Shown in pieces: positions 40,552 through 53,214 of a DNA stretch of 64,000 nt. The notes beneath the pieces are model-generated. The model worked only from the letters and a program-made list of their open reading frames with translations, was not told the DNA's origin and made no database searches. The stretch covers positions 20,715,910 to 20,779,909 of the forward strand of contig NC_134031.1 in assembly GCF_964204645.1 (NCBI RefSeq), written 5' to 3'. Position 1 is the stretch's first letter. Each line of letters starts with the position of its first letter. The DNA comes from Tubulanus polymorphus. Lineage: Eukaryota > Animalia > Nemertea. The translations under genes and the position numbers were made by a program.

Positions 40552-41613
40552 ATGAACGATTGCCAGCCTTCAGATGAACTGAATAATATCTTAAACCAAA
40601 CGTTAACTTGGGGCAGCAGTTTGATTGTAGCTGTAGGATTGATGGGAAACTTTTTAACGTTAATGGCTTTAGGGAATCGTGACCGTATCTTCAAATACTC
40701 GGTTAATGCATATATAGGACTTATAGCTATTACGGACATTCTTATGTTGATAATGAGAACTTTTGTCTTTTGGATTCAGGTATTGACAATCGGACTGAGC
40801 AATTTTTCATGCAAAACTATGCAGTTTTTCATGTACTACACGAATCACGTGAACATTTGGCTGATAGTGGCCTTGACCGCCGAGCGCGCAGTCATCGTTA
40901 CATGCCCATTCCTTATAAAACGTTTAGACATGAGGAAAATCTCTTTGGTCGCCATGGCGGCTATATTTATTACAATGATCTACTTGGATATGCCGACGTA
41001 CGTAGTATTTGAACGAGTAGAATTTCACTACGGTAATTTGACGATACCTCAGTGTGTGACGCGATTGGATGACGAGGAACGCGCCGCAATGACCAGGATT
41101 TTCAACATATTGTCGACATCTTTCGACGCGTACATTCCCTTGCTATTGTTATTTGCGTTGAATTCATTAATCGTCGTGAAAATCAGTAAAGCGACTCAGA
41201 AGCGCCGGAGTATAGTCGCTTTCAGCGAGAATCGACAGAGAATAGCGTCGTCGCAGATTCAGGTTACCTGCATGTTACTAGCCGCCTCGATTACATTCCT
41301 AATTCTTAATCTGCCTTTTGCAGTCTATCAGATATATCGCGATTATAGTAGCAGTGAAGCGGAACTAACGTGCACAGAAGCTACCAAACAAGGTATCTGG
41401 TACGTCGCCTCAAATTTGCTGCTTGATTTGAGCCACGCCGTAAACTGTTTTATCTATTGTCTGAGTAATAAAGCGTTTAGAAAACAACTTATCGCTAATG
41501 TAATCGTTTGCCTTCGATGTTTTAGAATCAGTTGCAAATGCGCTGAAAAACATTCGAATAAGCTACTGCCGAGCAGTACAGGCGTTACAACTCTTACCGG
41601 AAATAAATATTGA
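40552..41613 (+). CDS. Class A GPCR with intronless CDS, orphan peptide-receptor-like (GPCR2)
   Basis: 353-aa ORF; motifs GLMGN, IAITD, SCK (TM3 Cys), WLIVALTAERAVIVTCP, ECL2 Cys, FLILNLP, HAVNCFIYCL...FR. Confidence 0.92.
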   Translation: MNDCQPSDELNNILNQTLTWGSSLIVAVGLMGNFLTLMALGNRDRIFKYSVNAYIGLIAITDILMLIMRTFVFWIQVLTIGLSNFSCKTMQFFMYYTNHVNIWLIVALTAERAVIVTCPFLIKRLDMRKISLVAMAAIFITMIYLDMPTYVVFERVEFHYGNLTIPQCVTRLDDEERAAMTRIFNILSTSFDAYIPLLLLFALNSLIVVKISKATQKRRSIVAFSENRQRIASSQIQVTCMLLAASITFLILNLPFAVYQIYRDYSSSEAELTCTEATKQGIWYVASNLLLDLSHAVNCFIYCLSNKAFRKQLIANVIVCLRCFRISCKCAEKHSNKLLPSSTGVTTLTGNKY

Positions 41614-41937
41614 AACCTTTAACCTTTACAGTAAATAACGTAGTGTTGAATATAATAGTGTGATGTTTGCAAAAGAAAATTCGGTAATATACGGTTTGTT
41701 GGAAACCGCTAGTGAGATTTCATTCATTTGGAAAACAATGGATATGATAACATGGAAGTAATAGAATTACAGTACAGCAAGAGTCTTCAAGTCTACAAGA
41801 CGAAATTTATTTCGGGGCTGCATTGTACGAGAATTTTGGAAATGTTGTGCTGTGTTATCTGTACGGCGCCTGCGAAACGTTCGCCTGGTAGCATTCGTGG
41901 AAATCATTGTTTGGCAGCTGTTGTGGTCACGACGATA

Positions 41938-44403
41938 TCAACACTTCCGCGACATCAGCATGAATACGGTGGATTTAATGTTCATCGTCGTTTCACCAGT
42001 TATTTTCGGATTGCGAAATATATCAAGTATTCTGTAATAGAAAAGAACGTTTTACGTAAAATGGAACGCAATCAATAAAACTAAAGCTAAGCCTGATTGA
42101 CTACACGAATTACTTTCTAATATTTCAGATATAAGTTGAATTATGTTTTCCTTGTGAATTTAATGTGCATGATATTCATATGATTACTACTTAACTTATA
42201 AAGCTCAACTACATGTAATCTGAATTGAATAGTAAAAGAATAACTTGAATACTCGAATAACATGTAATGAATCTGCCAGATTCGTGGATTAGATGCCAGT
42301 AAAAATCAAATTCTATCAGTTAGTGCATTTACCTTTGCCTGAAATAGTCCATACAGTCGACATTTGGTATATTTGCTTGAAATTGACAAAAATCTTCCGA
42401 ACAGCTGATAAAATGAAGATATTCGTCGATTGTTCTTTGACCGTTTAGTAATGAATAGAATCTGCAAATAAACGAAATGGGGCAATTTATATACGGTCAA
42501 TAAAGAAATTTAGAAAGATTTGTGCGTCGAAACATACATGTCAAATAACTGGAGAACAGTCAAATTGGTGATCTAGATGAAATGGCGAACGCACCAAACA
42601 ATATTAGCGAGGCAAAAAATAATTCACGCGCCATAAAACATATTCACGCGGTCTCCAAATTCAACTCGTTTGTTTTTGGATCCACCAAAAGTTGCGCGTT
42701 TGTGACACACAGATTTAATTAAGACAAATAGAATTCGAACCGCCCTTTTGCAGCCCTCGCATTTCCAAATCTGTCCTTTTCAAATCAAGTGCCTATTCAG
42801 GACCATCCCCTTCGCAGAATCCTAGTTCCGCCCTGGACCCTGATGGTATGATTTTGCTATTCCACTCGGTGAGAAAACTTTAAGAATAACTTAAAGAGAT
42901 AACTTTAACCAGTAAGACATTCTCCAATTTTAAACTCACCTTCTCTCGTTTTCAAAACAAGGTTCCAGTTCCGCATATTGTTTTTCGCAAGTCGTTAACC
43001 AGCTTCCCAAATGCTGTTCCTTGTTAGTAAATACCTATACATCGGGAGAAATGTAAATAGACGCATGAAGTCCTAAAATCAATTCGCAGATGTTTGTTGT
43101 TGTCTCGGAAACTTTAGTCGCTGATGAGCTTTTTGGACCAATAAGTCACAGAACCCAAATGCCCAAAAGTCCCGTGGTCCACTAAAGAAGCTCATTGCAT
43201 ATACATCTTACACCCTCTTTACCTCATCGACGAATCTATTAACGGCTTCAGACTCATTCGGAAATCCGTCGCAATCAAACAAAGGCCAGTTATATCCCCA
43301 AATTGCCAGGACACCGCCCGGTTTCAGAATGCGACGAACCTCTTCGTAAAACGTTGGGATGTCGAAACATAACAGCGAAGACGCAACAGTAACGAGTGTA
43401 GTGGAATCATCGGCCACTGGTAAAGTTGTTCCTTCTCCTAATCTGAAAATAGTTATGTCAAAAGAATGTAGGAATTCTGTGGTGCTCAAAAACTACGTTA
43501 CGCGTAGACGGAAGGGGGTTACAAGGGAGGGGTGCTGGAACCATAATCTAGATTTTAGCAAATAGCGGGGAGGGGGTGAATTATTTTTACGTTAGATTAT
43601 AGAGAGGGTCTTTCCAAAATGTGTTACAGGTTACATGTTGTTACCAAGGGGGGGGGGGGGGTACCGAAATTTCCCCAAAAATGTGTTACGCAATTTTTGA
43701 ACAGCCCCTGGTCAGCTATTTTCGTCAAATGACGGGAAATAGAAAATATTTTCATAACTCTGATGTACAGCGATATAAAATGAATACATTTCAAATGTTT
43801 GCGTCAAATCCAGACCGATAACTGTGAACTGGGGCGTCCGGGTAAATACAGCGCTCGCTGACAACTGTCATTAAAATTATGGCCCATTGACATTTCTGCT
43901 GTATCGGCCGATAGCGAATAAAGAGCATCTGAGTTCAGGGCTAATGATAATACATTGAACTTCTCCATGTACAATTGATATATCTTAGTAAGTTCCGTGA
44001 AGGGCATAGAACCTACTTATATTCTATATTCTCGTGTACGTTTCGTCTTTTCGCTTCTTCTATCTGCGCCTGGCTACAATCTACGCCTATCAGAGTTTGG
44101 AAATGATCAGCGAATAGCGGTGTACTCTGTCCGGACCCGCAGCCGACATCAACCAACTGATCGAAAGGCAATTGTTTGTTTCTCTGTGGAAATTATGAGA
44201 AAACTTTCAAATACGCGTGAACTGTTATCTTTATTATCATGAATTTTATTATTTTTATTATGAATGGTCTCATGAAGGTTATGATCGAAACTCACTTCAT
44301 CTTCTGTCAAGAAATTCACGACAGCGTCTTTCAAATCCGGAGGGTACGAAATTCGCGTCCAGGCATATCTGGAAACTAAATCCCTTTCTTGAAACGGGTC
44401 CAT
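41938..44403 (-). CDS. SAM-dependent methyltransferase copy A (Methyltransf_11, TMT1/DDB_G0268948-like), 270 aa, 6 exons
   Basis: Exons 44296-44403, 44017-44183 (LVDVGCGSGQSTP), 43223-43442 (EVRRILKPGGVLAIWGY), 42940-43034, 42333-42461, 41938-42031; reading frame is open. Confidence 0.88.
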
Positions 44404-44610
44404 AACTTTCACTTTCGAGCTTTGTTTTGTCAATTGAAATAAAAAAAACACATATATCTATTCCGATTTGCGGAGCTCTGGAGGGGTCACTGATATACTG
44501 ATACAGAGCTAGATAATTATATGCATAGAATGATTTATAAAATGTCCTGGAGAGTTATGAATTACCACACTATATTTCACCCAGTTCCAACACGTTGAAT
44601 ATTATTCATA

Positions 44611-44662
44611 GATAATCGGACGGAGCAATTTTTCATGTATTTCACGAATCACGTGAACATTT
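44611..44662 (+). pseudogene. Relic fragment of a GPCR2 paralogue
   Basis: Matches 40785-40858, with a 22-nt deletion between two TTTTTCATG direct repeats and about 4 substitutions. Confidence 0.7.
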
Positions 44663-45056
44663 CATAGTTTATACGTCCATGACCTGAATCGTCGACGTGT
44701 TTAGGAAAATGTGAAAATAATGTGGCAACTTGGTGTCTGAAAAGTAGGCCTATAGTGGCTGATTCGGGCCAAAACGAAAATTCAATTTCGTTTAGGTCAA
44801 TCTTGTTTTTCTCTTAGATTAGATATGATACGTAGATATCTAATTTTAATATGTAAATGTTCAAAAATTACAGACGAATACAGAAAAATTGCATCATTTT
44901 CGAGAACCATAAAAGAAGATTGATTGATAAAACAATTATACCCGAGACATTTGGATAAATGGACGACTATTTTGTTGTCACATGCATATGCGTCACACAT
45001 TTGATATTTATAATACTGAAACACACACACACACGATGTAAACCGAAAGAAGAACG

Positions 45057-47081
45057 ATGGAAAACAGAAGGTTTGAAGATAAAGACCACGCTTCCCGATA
45101 CGCTCAGGCTCGATTCTCTTATCCAGCAGACCTAAAGGATACCATTTTAGATCTTCTTACAGAAAATACGGTAAGCATTTCAGTCAGCAGGGGTGGATTT
45201 AAGGGTAGTCTTGAATGTCCGGACACCTGCCTTCCCATTGCTGTAGCCCTTTCCACCAAGACGGAGATATTGTGAACCGGCAAATTTGATACTCATCCTC
45301 TCGGGAAAATTGCATCTTTTAGGATGCAATTCATAAGAAGCATCTTATAACGGAGGGTGGGAACACCCGCTAGTGGTCTCTGGCTTGGGTGCTTCATCCG
45401 AGAAATGCATTTTATCTTCTTCTGGCTTTCAATTTTCTTATATCCGCCCCTGTCTTGCTTTGCAGCAGATGATGTACAATAAAAGTTATACACCAAAAAT
45501 GAATGTTCAACATTTTCTGAAGCAATGACCGTTTTACATTCAGGATTTTCGTCCACCGTTTTGTCAGCTGATTGATGTCGGCTGCGGTTCTGGACAGAGT
45601 ACACCACTTTTCGCGGATCATTTCGATCGTCTGATCGGTTTGGATGTGAGCCAGGCACAAATAGAAGAGGCTAATACTCGCAATACGTATGCGAATATCA
45701 AATATCTGTACGTATGAACTAAAAGCTAGTGCTTGTAAAAGTATTTCCTGTTCCAGTCAACGAATGAAGTAGAAATGTAGGTCCGACCTTCGTTATATAT
45801 ACATAATACACAAAACATATACAGGCATTCCGCATGAATGGCCTGAATCCAATCAGCAATAGGTGATACTTAAACATAAAAAACGGGTAAAAGTAAAGGA
45901 AGGCATTCATACGTTTCGGTATGAAATTATTCTGCAATCTTTATCAGACGTTTATGTATTTTGTATTTTTCAGAATAGGAGATGCGTCGTCGTTACCTGT
46001 GGAAGACGAGTCTACTGAAATCATTACTGCCGCTACAGCAGTGCATTGGTTCGATATACCCAAATTCTACGAAGAGGTTCGCCGGATGTTGAAACCGGGA
46101 GGCGTCCTCGCCTTGTGGGGTTCCGCATTAAAACACGGCAGTATAGAATGCGTTGATAACGCGCAACGGTCCAAGGCCGCCACGGACACACTCAGACAGG
46201 TACAACGAGAAATTATGTGATTTATTCAACACGCATAGCTAGAAATTTGTCTTTAAGAAAAACTGCACTACCTAAATAACATAATATCTGTTTTATACGT
46301 AAGAATTCTACTCCGAAATCAATTCTTATCTTTTATCATTACAGATAGTAGATGAAGAATGGGCGGGATGGGGACGTAAAAACGCGAATAAGGGTCATTA
46401 CATTCACGAATTGAAGCCGTGTTTTCAAACTGAAAAGAGGTAAGTATTCTAAAATCTAATGCATACAAGATAAAAGGAGAAGTGATCATGAATTAAAGCT
46501 GTAAACATGCTGATACTGATAACGGAAGCGAGCTGGGGGCCGAGAGAAAAATCATGAATGAAAATAAAATTCGAGTTTTTAAATTCAATTCCTTTCAACT
46601 ATCAGCTCTTTAATCGCGATTTATTATCTCGCAATTAAATAGATTTCTATTTCAATTCTATCTTTTCTTTTCTACCGGCGGCCATTCATTCAATCAAAAA
46701 CATTTCGTTCGAATCAAAAAAATATCTATTTTCACCATGTCACCTCCGGGCTGAACCTAATCTTAAAGATAAAAGAACATTCAAACAGATCCTGTTCTCA
46801 TTATTTATTCTCCATAATTCTGCCCATGTAAGTTAAATGGTATTTGTTTTTTATTTGTAAGATACAACACGAAGGTCGCAGTTAAACAGACGTTAGACGA
46901 ATTCATCTTGTACATGAGCACCTTCTCGTCATTCGAGAAAATCCAACAATCCGACAAAACAAGGGATTATTCTGCAGAGATTAAAAACCGATTTCTGAAC
47001 GCGTTAGGATATCCGGAATCTGCCGGAGACACGAAACTTACCGTTTCAGTGCCGCTGTACTGTCTTTTTACGAAGAAATAG
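45057..47081 (+). CDS. SAM-dependent methyltransferase copy B, 272 aa, 5 exons
   Basis: Exons 45057-45170, 45544-45707 (DVGCGSGQ), 45974-46199 (AVHWFD..LKPGG), 46345-46439, 46862-47081. Confidence 0.9.
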
Positions 47082-47630
47082 ACAATCGAGTTTAATGAAA
47101 ATGGCATAGGAATTCGATCAGTACCATTTCTAACATCTAATTCAAGTTACCCTTATTATGCGAGTGAAATATAGCAAGAAATATTATTGAACTATTGTCG
47201 ATGCTGTTTCTTTGTGTTCGCGTTTTTTATGTTTGATATTTTCCAAGCCGAAAAAAGTGGTCAACAACAACAAAAAATTGGGCGGCTGTCCAGTAACATT
47301 GTTCACAATATCAATAACACATTTCAACACATATACGTATGCCCGTGAAATTATCAGGATCGAATGACGAAGCTGGTGAATTTACTGACTTTGATAATGT
47401 ATATTGCCAGAGTCAATGATTAAGATTTGAATTTTGATTCAGAATGCTGACATAAGAAAGTTGATACAAACACCGGTAGTAGGATTCAGAAACGTGTTAA
47501 TCACTTTATTGTTTGCCCTCTAATATATGACGTTTTCATATGGAGCGACAAATCTTAGTCTTAGGTCGTAGGTCATAGATAAAGATATACAACCTTTATA
47601 AACGCGTTTCACCACGGTCATTGTGCAGCC

Positions 47631-49669
47631 ATGGAATACAGAATTTTTGAAGATAAGGACCTCGTAGCTAGATATGCGAAGGCTCGTTTCTCGTACCCAC
47701 AAGATCTCAAAGAAGCTGTTCTAGAGTTTCTCGCAGAATCGGTGAGTTGTGTGAGTTTTGTACGGAATACTTGTCATAAAAGCCTTTTAAGCCGTGTACA
47801 TATTGATACGTTTCATGAGCAAATCATCTCTGTGTCGGTGACCACGATAAGGGCCATGTTGTTTATACCATTCGTTGTGTCAAGTCTTAACTAATCGGAT
47901 TTTCTGCGATTTGGGCCCTAAACATTTATGAAAGTCTGTCCTTCCGTCATTTGTTGTTGATTGTCAGTGACTACGATTTGTATCTTTGTTGTACATTTTT
48001 AGATACTGTCGGTTTTCTTGTATTCTGTTCTAGAATCTTAGTCCACCGTTTGGTCAGTTGGTTGATGTCGGTTGTGGCTCTGGACAAAGCACGCCACTTT
48101 TTGCTGATCAATTTCAAAACCTTATTGGCGTTGATTTCAGTGAGGCTCAAATCGAAGAAGCGAAAAAATGCAACGATCACCAAAATATAACATATCTGTA
48201 AGTGAACTATGCCATTCAATTTTTCTATCAAAGCACATTTTCGTGTAATCTTCTAAACAATAATGTTTTGTTTGAGGGATTTGTATTCTAAAGACAGTAC
48301 AGTGTATAGTGTAGCTGCCACCCTTTGTGGTAACATTTGGAATCTTTCTAATGATTGATAAACTCTTTTGCAGAGTTCAGGACGCTTATTCCTTGCCGAT
48401 AGAAGACTCGTCTACGGATTTAGTAACCTGTGCTGCCTCAATTCATTGGTTTGATCTTCCACGGTTTTACGAAGAAGTCAGAAGGATCCTAAAGCCAGGA
48501 GGTGTGCTAGCCGCCTGGTCGTATAGATACCCGGATGTAGAGTATGAAGGTCATCCCGAAGCTTCGGAACGCGCTAGTGAAGTTATCAAACATGTATATG
48601 TAATACCTTATTTTTGATAGAAAAGAAAAATAATCTCAAATGAAGTTATAGGTCTACATTGTTTTAGTAAACATCGCAAATACAGTCAACCACCGATATA
48701 CCGCCCTCCCGTAGACGGCACCACCCCCACCTACCCCAGGTGTACATCTCTTTACAAATACATAGTAAAGCATCCCCGATATACCGCCATATTCTCTTAC
48801 CGCCAAAATCGTTCTGCACCGATGTGGGCCCGCGGTATATCGAGGGTTGACTGTATATGAATAAGAAAATAAAAACTGGAGGAATGATTTTATATGCCGA
48901 TTAAACTGATACCAGAACTTTTTGGCTGCATTCCACCTGATGATGACCTTAAGTCAAACGCCCAAAGCAGTCTCAAACATTCATCTACTGCTTATACGGA
49001 TTATAATGATTTGTTCGCCCGACGTCGTAAATATAACTTCTTTCTTTCAGATGGAAACAAAGGAATGGATTGAGGGAGGTTGGAGGGCGCACGTAACCAC
49101 CGTTTGTGATCAGTTTTATGCTAACGTACCGATGTGTTTTGCGGGATCTGAAAAGAGGTGATTGCCAGGAAACTAAACGCAATTTTCGAAGATTGTAAAG
49201 CAATTGACGCCAGCTCAAACTTATGTCTCTTCAGGTTTTTATCCACGTTAGAATTGGCACGATCTGTGGACGAATATGTCTTGTTAGTCAGTACGTATTC
49301 AAGTTACCAGAAATTAAAAGAAGACCGACCAAATTGGGACTACCTGGGTGAACTAAAACAGAGGTATAATTTAGATGAATACAGAAAATTTGAAAATGAA
49401 CTCATTTTGTAGCTTAATCAATAGAATCTACATGTATTTAAGTTTTTAGGTGAAAACTTTAAGCATAAACCTTACATTCTGTATGCATTCTTTTGATATA
49501 TCTATCAGGGGTCATAGATGTTTTAAGTGCTTCAGTTTTCAGTAGATGATTATTTTTATTTTTCAGGCTTCTGGGTGCATTAGGAAATCCCGATACTGGT
49601 GGAAAAACTGAAATTGTTTTAAAGATTCCTTTGTTCATGTTCATGTCTAAAAAACCCATAGACTCGTAA
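47631..49669 (+). CDS. SAM-dependent methyltransferase copy C, 277 aa, 6 exons
   Basis: Exons 47631-47741, 48034-48197, 48374-48593, 49051-49157, 49235-49363, 49567-49669; motifs DVGCGSGQ, IHWFD, LKPGG. Confidence 0.92.
48683..48853. mobile_element. Tc1/mariner (pogo/Tigger-like) MITE in intron 3 of methyltransferase C
   Basis: TIRs CAGTCAACCACCGATATACCGC / GCGGTATATCGAGGGTTGACTG with a TA duplication on both sides. Confidence 0.8.
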
Positions 49670-49788
49670 TGATTTGATACGTCAGAAATTTCATTAGTTT
49701 GGTGCAGTAACCGATCATCGGTGTTCCATCGTGTTGGACATAAAACAGCCATTGGTGTAGGATATTTCTTTATTTTTCAAATCAGTGT

Positions 49789-50748
49789 TTATTTGTATGT
49801 TTTCCTACAGCAAATCTTTGCGGTGAAATACGCACGAATTTCATGTCCTAATAAAAGATATATGTAAAAATTAATGGCATAGTTACAAACTTGGAACTGA
49901 GTGAATACATCGTACAGGAAATCTTTCTGCTCCGCGGGCACGTGTAAGAATGCAGTTGTTGAAGATGGTATTGTAAATACTGCAAATGCCAATGAGATCG
50001 TTACAAGCATTTTTGTTGTACGTTTTGATTTTGTGGTTTTCTTATCAGACGAAACCATTTTTGAACCTCTGAATAATTTAAATATTATTATAGAATTTGA
50101 CGTTATAATCAAAGACAAAGGTAGAAAATAAACGTAGATGACAATTGTGATATAAAGGCGGATCAGATCAGACAATTCGTAGTAACAACCAAACGTCTGC
50201 CCCGGAAAATACATTTGAATAGTAGGTAGAAGATATAGGACCAGCGCGTTCACTCCAATGACCATCAATATAGTAAATCTAGCGAATCTCGGTGTACATA
50301 TCAAACGAGCTGTGATGGGGAAGAGAACAACTGCCGCTCGTTCTAGAGATATCGCTACTATCAACCACGAACTATTACAGGCTGCAAGTGCCATAGCAAA
50401 TTCGTAGATTTGACAACTAACCAGAGATTTCATGACGAATACTGGACCAGTTTCTATGTGCAAGAGCAGAAACTGTACCACGGGCATCAAAGTCAAGTTG
50501 ATGCAATATACGGAATCACTGACAGCCAAAACGATAAGATAGTTAGCGTAAGATAAAACCCGGAATCTGGGACTTGTCATTATCAGAAACGTAGCCGAAT
50601 TTCCGAATACACCTAACATGAACAAGATGATCAGAATGACCAATGACATTATGCGGTAGCTACCAGACTTGTTCGCCACGGACATTATGACGATGTAACT
50701 GCTGTAAGTTCGACCAATTGGCATCTGAGTAGAATTCATGATGAGCAT
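49789..50748 (-). CDS. Class A GPCR with intronless CDS, inside the methyltransferase array (GPCR3)
   Basis: 319-aa ORF; motifs GVFGN, LAVSD, SCQ, SSWLIVAISLERAAVVLFP, FAVFTIP, NYAINFYIY. Confidence 0.92.
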   Translation of the reverse strand: MLIMNSTQMPIGRTYSSYIVIMSVANKSGSYRIMSLVILIILFMLGVFGNSATFLIMTSPRFRVLSYANYLIVLAVSDSVYCINLTLMPVVQFLLLHIETGPVFVMKSLVSCQIYEFAMALAACNSSWLIVAISLERAAVVLFPITARLICTPRFARFTILMVIGVNALVLYLLPTIQMYFPGQTFGCYYELSDLIRLYITIVIYVYFLPLSLIITSNSIIIFKLFRGSKMVSSDKKTTKSKRTTKMLVTISLAFAVFTIPSSTTAFLHVPAEQKDFLYDVFTQFQVCNYAINFYIYLLLGHEIRAYFTAKICCRKTYK

Positions 50749-51592
50749 AGACTGTCTGCATCACAATTATTGATAATGTCATTTATATACAGCATTCATT
50801 TGCCGGATATCAAATGATAAGCGCCGTTGGCACTGAGTATAGAAATTCTTTGAAATATAACATGATAATCAGAAAGGCGATATATTGTGTAAAATGTAAT
50901 GCAACTATTAAATGTAATTCCTGAACACAAATAAATGCAGAATGGCGCGAGGCTCAACTTAAAACATGACAGAAACTGGCCGATGCCTAGCATTAGCAGC
51001 ACGAAAAAAACATTGAACAAGAGCAAAAACCTTATTCGTATAGCAGCGCTGCTTAGTGGTTTTGCGAGAAAGACATGAATTTAAGGAAACAAAATTTTGC
51101 TCAACAATATTTCTTCTTTTTGAAATCTAATTTATCAACTTGATCAACCACACGCGTACAAATTTAATACAATGTGTTGTCTTCAACGGGGTCGAGTGAA
51201 GTGATAGTGCAAAAGTCAAATATATATAGATATAGATATATAATATGGTTTATATATGAATATTGTTGAGAGGTGCATGCACGACTGGGTGTATCGAATG
51301 TACAGAGTGTCTGGGAAAAATGCCATCTAACAATCGAAAATGATTTGAGAAGATTCAGTGTGACTTTTAGGGAATAGTTGAATGTATTGGAGTCACTCCT
51401 GAACCTTCTCTTTTTGTTGCACTTTAAAATCTTGGTGTCAAAATTCAGATGACATTTTTCAATGACACTTTGAATAAGTTTCCCCAATGTTATAAATACG
51501 CTGTTGCATTTTTCGCTGAGTAGAAGGCAAGGTGGCATATATAACCGTGGAACGACTTAGAACGTTGGCAAATCTGATCGATACACTTCAGT

Positions 51593-51660
51593 ACGGAATA
51601 CAGAAAGTTTAAGGATAAGGCTCGTGTAGCTGCTCGAAGGCTCTCGTACAGCAAGGCGCA
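51593..51660 (+). pseudogene. Decayed duplicate of methyltransferase exon 1 just upstream of copy D
   Basis: ACGGAATACAGAAAGTTTAAGGATAAGGCTCGTGTAGCT versus ATGGAATACAGAAGGTTTGAGGATAAGGACCATGTAGCT at 51696; the start codon has mutated to ACG. Confidence 0.7.
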
Positions 51661-51695
51661 TACAACTGTATCGGAGAGTCCGATCATACTTAAAT

Positions 51696-53214
51696 ATGGA
51701 ATACAGAAGGTTTGAGGATAAGGACCATGTAGCTAGATACGCGGAGTCTCGTATCTCATACCCACAGGAGCTCAGGAAAGCCGTATTAGAATTCCTAGCC
51801 GGATCGGTGAGTTCAATAGTATCGTTTTTACCTGGACGTTTATGAATTCAATGTTCTCCTTAAAATATTTCCGCATCAAACTGTAGACACTGCACCAGGC
51901 CAAGAGGTAATTTCTGATATGGTTTTATTATTGTTTTGGTGATAGAATCTTAGTCCACCTTACGGCCAGTTGGTTGATGTCGGTTGTGGGTCTGGACAAA
52001 GCACGCCGCTTTTCGCTGATCAGTTCAAAACCCTGATTGGCGTTGATTACAGTGAGGCTCAAATTGAGGAGGCGAAAAGACGCAACAAACACCAAAATAT
52101 TATATACCTGTGAGTCAAAGTTTTTTTTTCAAATTTTCCTTACTGCTGAGATTGATTTAATGTAAGTTCCGCGGTGCATCGCGCTCGGTGCCCCAGGTGC
52201 AGACCTAATTCTTACTCAATTCGCATACAGAGTTCAGGACGCTTATTCATTACCATCAGAGGACTCGTCTACGGATTTAGTAACATGTGCTGCTTCCATT
52301 CATTGGTTCGATCTTCCACGGTTTTACGAAGAAGTCAGAAGGGTCCTAAAGCCGGAAGGTGTGCTAGCCGCCTGGTCGTATAGATACCCGGATATCGAGT
52401 ATGAAGGTCACCCCGAAGCCTCAGAACGCGCTAGTGAAGTTATCAAACAAGTAATGATTCTTTGATGCTTTTTCATCTAGCGACATTTTCTGACATCCTC
52501 TTTGACTTTGAATAACACCTTTTTATTTCAGCTGTTTACGAGGGAATGGATCGATGCAGGTTTGAGGCCTCGGCCAGACAGTGATGGACTTTACGCCGAT
52601 ATGCCGGTGTGTTTTGAGGGATCAGAAAAAAGGTAAACAGTGATTAGCATATAGAGACATCTTTATAGCATATCTAATACAAAGATTCTTACGGTAAATA
52701 TAACTCGGAATAATGCTCAAAAATCACCTTTAACCGAGAAACCTTATAGTTTATTCAGAGATTTTCTTTACAGATATGTCCCCACTACAGGACGCTTTCA
52801 TAATAATTATAAGCCTTATTTATTTCTTCCAAGGTTTTTAACCAGGTTAGATTTGAAGCAAAGTTTGGAAGAATATATGTTCTTAATCAGTACATATTCA
52901 AGTTACCAGAAATTCGTAGACCTCCATCCGAACCGGGATTACCTAGGTGAAATAAAACAGAGGTATCATTCAGCTACTTAGAGATAATTTGTGTAATAAC
53001 TGTACCGATATTCATGTACACCAATCTGACATACATGTACACCAATCTGATATACATGTACACCAATCTGGTTATTTCAATGTTTTTCAGATTATTGGAC
53101 GCATTAGGAAATCCTGAAACTGGTGAAAAAATTCAACTCATCATAAAGATTCCAATATTCATGTTCATGTCTAAAAAACCACAAACGGCAATTAATCTGT
53201 TAGGCCCATGTTAG
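51696..53214 (+). CDS. SAM-dependent methyltransferase copy D, 282 aa, 6 exons
   Basis: Exons 51696-51806, 51946-52109, 52231-52450, 52532-52632, 52834-52962, 53091-53214; has LKPEG instead of LKPGG and a C-terminal extension. Confidence 0.9.
53013..53070. repeat. 21-bp tandem repeat, ~3 copies
   Basis: Unit CATGTACACCAATCTGA(C/T)ATA. Confidence 0.85.
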
